From assembly GCA_973895155.1 (NCBI GenBank), contig OZ316892.1, positions 13,084,238 through 13,148,237 on the forward strand: a stretch of 64,000 nt of DNA. The letters are read 5' to 3'. Every line of letters begins with the position of its first letter. Within the stretch, counting starts at the first letter, position 1. Origin of the DNA: Marsupella aquatica. Taxonomy: Eukaryota > Plantae > Marchantiophyta. Under the pieces are notes generated by a model that was not told the origin of the DNA, did no database searches, and was given only the letters and a program-made list of their open reading frames with translations. Positions 26,201 through 36,100 of this stretch are shown here, piece by piece. Both the position numbers and the translations under genes were made by a program.

Positions 26201-27334
26201 TTTTTTCATCATTCCTTCCTAATAGGGAGCGACTTCCTTTCAGCCAACGTAAACCTTCTTCTCGTAGGGCTGTTGTGCGGAACACAACATCCAGCCGAGC
26301 GAAGTCTTCTGAGCGAGGAGTTCCTGGGGACGTGGGATTACTTCTCAGATCTTCCGGAATCGAGAAAGGACATTCGGCTGACGATGAGGCGCAAAGATGG
26401 CGAGAAGAACATGAGGTAGGAATTCCCTAACATTACACGATGTACCCGGTTCTAAGTATTAGCCTTCGGATTATCTCGATCTGTCGTGGCACTTTCCTTC
26501 TATCTGCGTTTGTGCAGTGGCTGTGATTGGTTTCAATTGCTGCTTATTGATTACACGCTTTTCCTGTTGCTCTGTTCTCTCGACTCTCTCCACAGCTGGA
26601 CTTGAAGAAACGAGTGGAAGAGCTGCACAGAACAGTTCAGTCAGTGGAACAAACTCGTGTGGCAGCCATGCGTGCTCTTGCAGAAGAGAAGATGCACAAT
26701 TTAGAGTTGGAAGTAAAAATCAGGCGCCAGGTACTTAAAACTGTTCACTTTTCCTGATTCATCAAGGGTCGTAAGGAAGACAAAAACCATGTGAATGTTT
26801 TATGTGTGTATGTGAGAGCGTGCTTACCTCGAACTCACTCCATGATCTGCTCAAATCACAGAAAGAGGCTGCTGCAGCTCTTGAAGAAGAAGTACGTGTG
26901 TTAAAGGTAAGAATGCTTTACAAACACTCTGTAAAGTTCTTCGAATTTCATCAATTGAGCCGAAGTTTTTGGGTTCGATGTGCCTGTAGGGGATTTGGAG
27001 AGTGAATGCCGTGTGTTGCTTCAATTATATTAGACCTGTGGCACATTTACCATGTATGCAATTTGTTCAAAACACGGTTACGAGTCGTTTTCGTTATGGA
27101 CTCAACCTTGTCTCGTCCGTGCGTACGGAAATGCTCTCTCTTTCATTCAAACATGGAGTAGGTAGGTGCAAGCATGCTTTCTAATGGTAGTGATTGTGGA
27201 TGTCACTACAGGACTCCCATGACGCCCTTTTAGCATCACTGAAGAAGAAGTACAGTTCATCTGCAGCAGCTCGAGCGGCAGCTGCTTTGCTGTACCAGAA
27301 CTGGGATCCCAGTGACAGCAGTGCCCGGGTGTAA
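23213..27334 (+). CDS. Uncharacterised putative plastid membrane protein: PG-binding (PG_binding_1-like) domain + TM helix + C-terminal coiled coil, 8 exons
   Basis: In-frame GT-AG assembly: 23213-24067, 24241-24287, 24643-24787, ~25147-25246, ~25488-26415, ~26595-26730, ~26862-26906, ~27212-27334. The spliced sequence reads MQEGDSSPQVLNLQRALFWLGHLPGLSLTGYFGPETTKALQEFHYSNGFSSPGVWGYYSQQLL, then TM VGVLLLTVAVISIIVKVVHFCF, then heptads LDLKKRVEELHRTVQSVEQTRVAAMRALAEEKMHNLELEVKIRRQKEAAAALEEEVRVLKDSHDALLASL. Confidence 0.8.
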
Positions 27335-28213
27335 TTCTGTTGCGACATCAGCCATTATGAGTGCGCTCTTTGACTCTCATTTGTATCGCCGCGTCCCATT
27401 CATGGTACTGCGGCCATTTTTGAAACGGTCATTACATTCAAGTGTGGAATTGTGTTCCAGTGAAATCGTTGTAAAAGAGATGTATGGAATGCTTCCATGA
27501 AAATCGGATAAATGAGACAAAGGCAGCTTGTGATTCTCTTCTTCGTTTTTGTCCTGATTGGGGATGTACGGTGCCTGTGATTGTTATCCTTGTTATCACT
27601 TGAACATCTCTGTTTTGGATGTTATGGACAATTGAGTGCTTGAATAAAGCCTATGCCTGACGTTGTACGTCAAATAGTAGCGGCAATTTGTGAGGCTGGA
27701 TTCTCATAGCAGTTCTGAATATGTCTAGTCAGTCGTAGATAGTGACGGATGTACCTCGAGATAATCTGGACATGGCTTGGTGAAGCGCAATGAAAGAGCT
27801 AATAATATAGTCGAGAATGAGCGAGACTAAACGGTGTAACAACTTCAACATTGATGTTACTTTTGAATTACTGTCAGTGAAGCACTTGCATGCAGGCTGG
27901 ACATCATTGTACTTCCACTTCGACATGACTAAACCTACTTTGTACATGCCACATCTCTGAACTAGCAATTATCATACCATTGAGCTTGAGTGCCCTAACC
28001 TTGATCAAGAACGGTCTTTGTACCATTCTTTATGTTCCGCCATCGTCTCCCCGCCGTTGTACCATTCTATATGCTACCATACTACGACCAAGATGGACGT
28101 TTTACCACTCAATACATGAACCCACAAGAACTGAACGCTGCAGATCTTAGATGTCACCTCGACTTCTTGTCCCAGCTGAATCTTAAACTAAACGGTAAGG
28201 ACGTCCGGGTTAC

Positions 28214-28497
28214 ATTCACAATTTAGATCACTCAGACAAACCCACTCACATTTTAGATCACTCAAGCTGGACAAACCCATTCACATTTTGGATTACTCAA
28301 AAGCTGGACAAACCCACTCACATTCACATTTTAGATCACTCAAAATCTGGACAAACCCACTCGCATTTTAGATCACTCAAAAGCTGGAAAAACCCATTCA
28401 CATTATAGATTACTCAAAAGTTGGACAAACCCATTCACATCTTAGATCACTCAAAAGCTGGACACACCCATTGACAATTTAGATCACTCGAATGCTG
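28214..28497. repeat. Minisatellite, ~7 x 37-39 bp
   Basis: TCACATTTTAGATCACTCAAAAGCTGGACAAACCCA(C/T) repeated head-to-tail. Confidence 0.9.
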
Positions 28498-30187
28498 GAA
28501 TGGAAGATCTTTTTCCACAGATTATATGTGAACTTTACATTATATGGTCTGGAACCCGCTGAATTTTGCCTGCTCTGGGTAACTGTTTTGGGGCCCGATT
28601 ATATCTTCTGAGAGTGAACTTTACATTATATGGTCGGTCTGCAGCCTGCTAAATTTTGCCTGCGGGATAACAACCGTAACAAACATTTGAGGTAATCCCT
28701 ACCAACATTAACAAACAGCATCTGAGGTAATCCCTTAATAGAAATCCTTCCCATTATATGGTCTCTCCTCTATGCAGGTTGACCATATATAATCATAGTC
28801 TTTGTCACTTTTATTCACATTAAATTTAAGAATTTTCATTTCACTTTTAATAATTTATTAACATAGAATAGATTCTTTTTCTAATACTCCAAGACAAAAT
28901 AACTAAAATGATGCTCTCATGTACCACATTTCCCAACATTTTGGTAGAGTTATTCATCATGGAATGTGGAGGGTAAATTCTACTAGATTAATTTTCATTG
29001 TGTTTATATGAAATTTTAGGGCTCGTGTCTTTTTATGTCCTCCTTCTCTAGTTGCCTTGCAGGTGAAAAACTAAACTTTATTTTAAGACTTATAATCATC
29101 AAGTTATAAGCCCAAAATTCCCATGAATCACCAAAATGTGGTCCACAAGAGCACCATGTCCAACATGGTGGTCCATTTGGGATTCACTTTCCAAAACAAC
29201 TCATGATGTTTGAGGATGGTGTAAAACAACTACTATTCATGTGAGCATTATGCCATGAAATATTTTAATGAGATAATTCTAATAGTACCATAAAATTGAT
29301 CATAAAGATGCACTATATAGTATAGCATGTTCATCCTAATACATGACTACTTTGAAGTACATCTTTTTTAAGTACTTTGTCAATAATGATATTCTAATTG
29401 ACAATACTGCCACACTTTCTTTTGTATTTATAAAATGTCACTATTTAGTATATGGATGACAAGTTCCCCAAAGTAACTAGGGGAACCATATACAGAAACA
29501 TTGGCATATTTGTAAATAGAACAAAAACGGTGAGAGGATTATAAATTCAAATATTTTTAGTGGCAATGTACTTAAAAGTTGTCTTGACTTATCCAAAAGA
29601 ATTGAAACAATCATAAGAGAGAGTTCATGTGTGACTAGTTTATGAAAAACAAGTATTGAAAGAATGATTACAAGAAAACTAATGAAAAAAATGCACACAT
29701 TTTTAAAAGTGAAAGAATTACAATACTTTAAGGTAATTACATTAAGTTGAAAGTACTAGTCAATACACCTATATGGCTATATAGGTACAGTTTTTTTTTA
29801 AATTTCTGCTTTATTTGGTGGGCTCTTTATTTAGGTGACATCTGTTGATCAATCAACCATGCACAATGTAAGTTTAAAACCAATGGCATATAAGATGCAT
29901 TCATCAATTTCAGAATACTAGTTGCTTGGTTGAAAGGTCAACTATCTCTACTTGGTTGAAGGGTTGAACCTTCTCATGCAAGTAAGGAAATATGCCCTTC
30001 AAAATGAAATGTAAAATGCAGGGAATCTGATAAAGACTAAGGAAATGAAAAAGTATTAGAGACTACCAAAAATGACTAAATTATAAATAATACATAGTTA
30101 AAATATACACTAAGCCAGATTAATACAATAATATATTACAATAAATTTGAATGAGACAAAATAGCCAAATATTATCTCATTGTGAAT

Positions 30188-30466
30188 TGAAATTCCTATT
30201 GTGAATTGAAGTACCTAAAGACCTCTGGTTGACAGGAATTGAAGTTCATGAATTAAAATTCCTATTGTGAATTGAAGTTCCTAAAGACCTCTGGTTGACA
30301 GGAATTGAAGTTCATGAATTAAAATTCCTATTGTGAATTGAAGTTCCTAAAGACCTCTGGTTGACAGGAATTGAAGTTCATGAATTAAAATTCCTATTGT
30401 GAATTGAAGTTCCTAAAGACCTCTGGTTGACAGGAATTGAAGCTCCTAAAGACCTCTGGTTGACAG
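30188..30466. repeat. Minisatellite, ~4 x 66-67 bp
   Basis: AAATTCCTATTGTGAATTGAAGTTCCTAAAGACCTCTGGTTGACAGGAATTGAAGTTCATGAATTA, near-identical copies. Confidence 0.95.
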
Positions 30467-31260
30467 GGACTCCCATATGCTTTAGTTAAGGAATGAACTT
30501 CATGAAGCTTCTGGTGTCATTTGACACTAGCCACAGTGGACTGTGCACTTTCCTTCAGGTCCTGGTATCCCTTGTTGGAAGGAAACCCATAGCTCTAATG
30601 CATTTTGGAGTCCCTAGCAGGAAACATCCACTTCAGCCTCTGCCGCATTTGTTTTTCTACCTAGTTACAATATTCCTATCTTAGGATCAAATACCTTCGT
30701 AACCAACAAGTCCTTCATGAAACTTGACTCCTACTTTTCTGAGCCGATTCAATACTTGTTGCAACACCTTAGCATCGGTCACACATAAGTTGATCAGATG
30801 CTCTGACATATCCATAGGCAAGTAATCCTCCGACCAAAGCACAATTACAATCATAATCACAAAGTTGGGTAGTCCTGTCTGATCTCAACGGGCCGCAGCA
30901 AAAACACATCGAAAATTCGAATTGCAGACCTCGTCCATTTCTAGAATTCATATTTGGAATATTAGGTGCGTTTTCACTGAAGAGAAACGGGGCTATTGTA
31001 CAAATGTCCTCTGAAGGTCCATTGAAAGAATATATGCACAAAATTGCGACAAACTGGAAGCCGTATCCATTCTTCTACATGACAACAATGAAATTCAAGT
31101 CGCTCTTCATCGCTGCACCCAGATAGTAAATCTGACTCGAATAACTGTGGTCTCAAATTTCATAAATCGGTTCAACCCTCAATCTAAGCTAATATCCACT
31201 GTAATCTAAAAGAAGTTCACAATCAGACCCTGCGACATAGTAAGCCAGTGAGCAAGATGA

Positions 31261-32626
31261 CTAAGTTAACAGTTGGACAGCAGCTATCATCGGAATTTTC
31301 TCTCGAAGTTTCTGTGTCACTGCAACACGAACTGTCATGACACCTGCAGCAGGTCCTTCTATCCTCACTTTTACCACTGGCCCATCAATTTTAACGAGAG
31401 CAAGTTCACCTCCTCCAGTGCCAACAAGATAGGGTCTGATCTCTGACAAAACCTGCAAGGAGTACAGCAATTAGTGAGCCCACAACAAGAGAATACCCTA
31501 AACTTAAAAATAATTCATATCACCTAACAAGCTTCCTTGCCCATCCGAACCAGTTGTTCCACTTCCAAGTTTGACTCGAACTTGTTCACGAAGCACCACT
31601 GAGCTGTGAGCTGCCTGTGCATGCAATTATGTAGTAAAAGTTTCGAGAGGCAGGCAGCTCAAACACCTTTTCGACATTCTCCTCATTCAGAGCCAGGCCC
31701 GTCTCCTCGTCCATAATTTGCTCAACCCCAATGATTTCTGGAATTCTCTCTATCAGACGCCGTTCAATCCCCATCTTCATTGTCATCAGCGAACTGGGGC
31801 AAGAGCCACAGGCGCCTTGCAACTTCAATTTTACCACCAAGCCGTCAATCTCATGAAGAGCCACATTTCCTCCATCAGACATCAGATACGGGCGGACCTC
31901 ATCCAACACTGATTCCACGTTATCCTCCGTCAATTCCAGGCCATCTGTAGAAGCCTGGGGTGTAGCAACTGCTTTTGTCACTGAATTGATAATATGGCTC
32001 GATTGATGGGTACCTGTGCACACGGAAGAATCCTGTAACGGTTATCACTACCATCCAGCGTGCGAATGACGGAAGTGAAACCTAGTGTTTTTAGGTAGAA
32101 AATATCGAGAAGCCTATTTTCAGACTCGTGGTCAATACATCCATCCTGTTTCCAAAACGTCAAGCTCTGAAGAAGATTATTCGTCATCCAGAGCTCTCGA
32201 TTGAAATAGAGGGTCCCCAAATTTCCCTGACAAATCCACGACTCAACATATTTTCTTACTTGATAAGTTTTGCGCTCGTTTATCTCCCCGCTCTGTCATA
32301 GAGGGATTCCCAGGACTTCTTAGTGCGTTTTGTCTAAAATTAGGAATTGAAAATCACGAACGATTCAATCAGCCGGAGATATTCAATCTCCGTCCGACTC
32401 AAGAGAAAAGCCTATCTTGAATGACCACTACTACTGCAGTAGATACGAACACCCGAAACCCACCTGGACTGGAAAAAATGGGAACACGGCACCGGACGGT
32501 TCTCGAATCCCTCAAAGAGCACTGGCTATGGCCTCCGACCGAGATCCACACCTGTGTTGCAGACGTCCGCCTCGCAGCAACGGATCCGAGAGCAGCACTG
32601 ACAATCGTAGCAGAAACCGCGGCCAT
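31261..32626 (-). CDS. NFU: Plastid NifU-like Fe-S carrier (NFU2/NFU3 type, two NifU domains)
   Basis: Transit peptide [20 protein letters not shown]; [48 protein letters not shown] (CxxC); a second degenerate domain [15 protein letters not shown]...[16 protein letters not shown]. Exons ~32626-32464, 31980-31667, 31452-31261; a small extra exon near 32050-32080 is possible. Confidence 0.93.
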
Positions 32627-33544
32627 CTCCAACAACAACAGCAGCTCCAACGAAATGATAACAGGGTCGCAACCCCTGCTCCGCTCCGCCCTTCTTGGCC
32701 GAATGCAAAGCCTCGTCGCTCGGCTGATTCTCTTGCTACTACTATACGCTAGACCCTCAGCCCCAGTAAGGACATTCCGCCGGTTTCCTCTCGTGCAGCT
32801 AAGATCTTCTTCGTCCAGCTACCGAGGCACAGTAGTTGTTTCCACTGCTCCCTGTGATTACTGTACCATGGACGAAGGGCCGCCGGGCCGTGGTAGCCGA
32901 GGAGATGGACGAAACGAAGCGAATCCGACGCGCGAGAGAGAGACCCGCACAATTTGCGCGTCGACACAATTCGTGACCACAAGCCAAACAATTCTCGAGC
33001 GAATGGCACTCGATGGGTGAATAAGCCGATTTGAGAGGGGAAAAAAGCGTTGCTGGCTGTCAAGCTTTCCTAATTTCCTGCTGCCATGAAACCTTGTCGA
33101 GAACAGAGCAGACGGAAGCGACAGAGAGCCTATCAACTGATTCAGCTAGAGCGCGATACAATTTCAGAAAGGGGATTCGACAGCCTTCTTCTTCTGCTGC
33201 TGCTGCTGCTGTTCTATGGTGTTCTTCGGCGGTGGATGACGAAGAGAGGTGGGAATTGAGCTCAGCCACCCCATTCGCGGACACGAGAGCGAGAAAGTGC
33301 GACGGACGGACGGACGGACGGACACATAGAGGACTGCCTGACTGACTGCCGGACATTTCGCTGTCTTTCCGTCGCCTGCAGTCAGGGAGGAGAAGCAGGA
33401 GGTGGGGGTGACCTCACTGGAAGAAGGGTGGGGAAACCCACCGGGAAGGACGCCTCTTTCCTTTTTGAAATAATTTTTTTATGTCCTTTCTTACTTGTGT
33501 AATTTTCAGGATTGGTGGAGAAGAATGTACCTTGAAGATTTGGA

Positions 33545-33780
33545 TGAACTAGCCTGATTACCAGTTCATTCTAAAGAAATGAAGAAAAAACTATCTTGCA
33601 TAATAAAATTTCTATGTTATTTGAGTTAACCTTTGCCCCATCGTTGTTTTTTGTTCCCACTCATTTCAGTTTTGTTTTTATTTTGAATCAATATCATTTT
33701 TGTCTATTTTCATTTAAAGTTTTTTTTTATTCAGACTCATGATCACTTTTGTCTGTATTAAGGGTTATGGTCTAGAGGTT
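33545..33780 (-). mobile_element. Dispersed repeat family A, copy 3 (inverted)
   Basis: The reverse complement begins CTCTAGACCATAAC and contains ACTGAAATGAG..ACAAAAAACAACGATGGGGCAAAG..ATGCAAGA..TCAGGCTAG, matching copies 1 and 2. Confidence 0.5.
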
Positions 33781-33889
33781 TCACTCTATGCCCTTATGAA
33801 TAGACATAGTTAACGCTATTATAATAAGATTCACTATGAAATTTATACTTGCTTTTACTAAAATAGTATTAAAAATGTAGGCCTTTGTC

Positions 33890-33933
33890 TGTGTATGTAT
33901 ATATGTATATATATATATATAGAGAGAGAGAGA
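33890..33933. repeat. Compound microsatellite (TA)n(GA)n
   Basis: Visible TGTATGTATATATG(TA)n(GA)n run. Confidence 0.9.
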
Positions 33934-34747
33934 TCCTATTACCAAAGCATTATGGACAATAATACCTTAAAACTAGAGTTGAAACTCTTGTTTTGAGGCA
34001 TTATGGCACATGTATGGCCTTAGTGCTTTTTCTCTTCTTAATTTGGGTTTAGGAAAAAAATGCATAGTCCAAATTTGGATGTATGAATTATGAAACTTCT
34101 CCTTTGCTTTCACAAAATTAATAACACTAAAAATTTATTAGCTCTTTAAGTGTATCAATGCACTATTTCAAAGGATTATGGGCAATAACAGACCCTCAAA
34201 ACTCTCAAAGCTAAAGCACTCAATTTGAGGGTCTGACGGCCAGCAATGCACTGTCACCAGAACTTTACTAAACCTAAAAGTGCACACAGTCAGCCATTTT
34301 ATTTTTGAGGAAACTGAAAGTTGTCTATCAAGCTAGAAAGTTGGCGAGTGCAATTCCCCAATCAACATCATTGCCCCCGATTCTCACTGAGATCCTCGTC
34401 TGCATTGTCTCCTACTTGTCTTCATTCCTTTTGTTCTCTGTTTTGACATGTCTCCCGATCTCACTTCTATATCGATTCAATGTCCCATTCCTTCGTCTCC
34501 TGATTGCTCCGTGCAGGCAGGCAGGTAGGTTGCAAACGCAAGTCCTTTTTCCTAGTGCAGAAGACTTGCTGTGTTTTGTCGTTGACGACCGAGTTCGGAA
34601 GGAAAGGAGCATTGAATGTGACATGAAGAAGAATTGTGATCTGTGGTGCACCACAATTGCCAGTGTCTAGTGTGGTGCATCACCTCTCTTGTTGTCTCTT
34701 GCCACTTCATTGTACGGTGTCATTCCTGCTGCCAATAAGTGTTGCGC

Positions 34748-34883
34748 ATTGTGAAAGGGCAGAAGGAATTCGAGAGTGAGGTGGGCACATTGGCAAGATT
34801 TGGCACCCTAACTTACTGGCATTCAGGGCTTACTGCTGGAGCCTAAAGACGAGAAGCTCCTGGTGTTCGACTACATGCCTCGC
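34748..34883 (+). pseudogene. Frameshifted fragment of an IMK2/IMK3-like LRR-III receptor kinase (subdomains III-V)
   Basis: Restoring two 1-nt deletions gives IVKGQKEFESEVGTLGKIWHPNLLAFRAYCW.PKDEKLLVFDYMPR. This matches the remembered IMK-type motif ITKGQKEFE.E...LG.[21 protein letters not shown].VFDYM. Confidence 0.75.
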
Positions 34884-35564
34884 TACTTTCCTGCAAGGAC
34901 TAGTGTATTTCAAACGGTACTTGATTCTCATCTTCAACTGCAGGCCATTCTTTTTGAGCCCTAGCTTGAGAGGGAACGGGGTGACAATGATGTCTCAAGT
35001 GAGATTGAGGAAATTTGTGAAGTCTCTCAAGAAATGCCAAGAAACAGACGGGAGAGAACAATTGGAGGAGAGGGAGCAAGACAAGAAAGAACGATTGGAG
35101 GAGAGGAAGCAGGGTACGAAAGAAAGGAACATGGGCAAAAAACGGAGACTGAGAGAGAAGAAACAGTGGTTAAAGGAAAGAGAGACAGATGCAATGAATG
35201 ACTTCCACTTTTTATCACATGTACTGCCGAGGAATACCTTCATTTTCTTTTGGGAAAACAGCCAATGCACAAGCCACAATCCAGGAGCATTAAGGAGTTT
35301 CCCCCTTTATGGGGGTTATGGCTATTGCCATATAGAAGTCGGAGTGAGAAACTCAAGTGATTTGTGAGAGTATAATCCTTTCCCTAAATGCATCTGCTGC
35401 ACATTGCAGTGATAAGGTGCAACTATTAACTCGAGCACACTTGTGTAGAGAGTGGTTTAAGAGGTACCTTAGTCTGAAGGCAATACTTCCTTAGTAGTAT
35501 CTACAACTGGTGGAAGCCCACATCCTTGATCACCAATTGTGATCTTGAAGTGAACATTCTGATT

Positions 35565-36100
35565 TAACGCGAGAAAGTTGGAGTGCCGATTTGCCGGCAT
35601 GACAATGACAAGAAAAAAATTTGGGCAGTTCAAGCAGTGCGTAACAGCATCATGGGTTCTACTTTAATGGCCACCATTGCTATCCTCTTGAGTTCAGGCG
35701 TGGCAGCCTTCGTGGCTAGCATTTACAAGGCCAAAAACCTATTAGCACCTCCACATTTGGATTGGAGAGTTCTGGTTACCTAATTGTGACATATCTTTTT
35801 CTCGTGATGGGCTTCCTATTTGCTTTCCTCTGCTATGTCCAATCGGTCAGGTACACCAATCATGTGAACTTTCTCGTCAACATCCCTATACAACAACAGT
35901 TCACACCTGATTATGCAGCAGATGTCCTAGAGAGGGCTGCAAATTTCTACACCATTGGGACGAGGGCTTTAAATATACATGTCCATTCCACTTCTATTTT
36001 GGCTCGTTGGCCCTGTTTCCTTGATTCTTGCTATCCACTGTTTTCCTCATCCCTATCTTGACCCTGCTTGATACAGCTCAGGAGTTTAAAGCCATTGCAC
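35565..36100 (+). pseudogene. DUF599-family membrane protein, 5'-decayed and frameshifted
   Basis: DNDKKKIWAVQAVRNSIMGSTLMATIAILLSSG, FLFAFLCYVQSVRYTNHVNFLVNIP, LERAANFYTIGTRA and PFPLLFWLVGPV lie in different reading frames with no introns between them. Confidence 0.75.

Noticed and set aside
23213-27334. Calling the PGBD gene pTAC5
   Set aside because: It has no DnaJ-type CxxCxGxG zinc finger and the domain order differs (TM and coiled coil C-terminal to a single PGBD).
32421-33020. 199-aa plus-strand ORF antisense to NFU exon 1
   Set aside because: GC-rich promoter/first-exon shadow with no recognisable motif.
34903-35367. 154-aa E/K/R-rich ORF
   Set aside because: Arises from GA-rich low-complexity DNA; non-ATG start and no domain.
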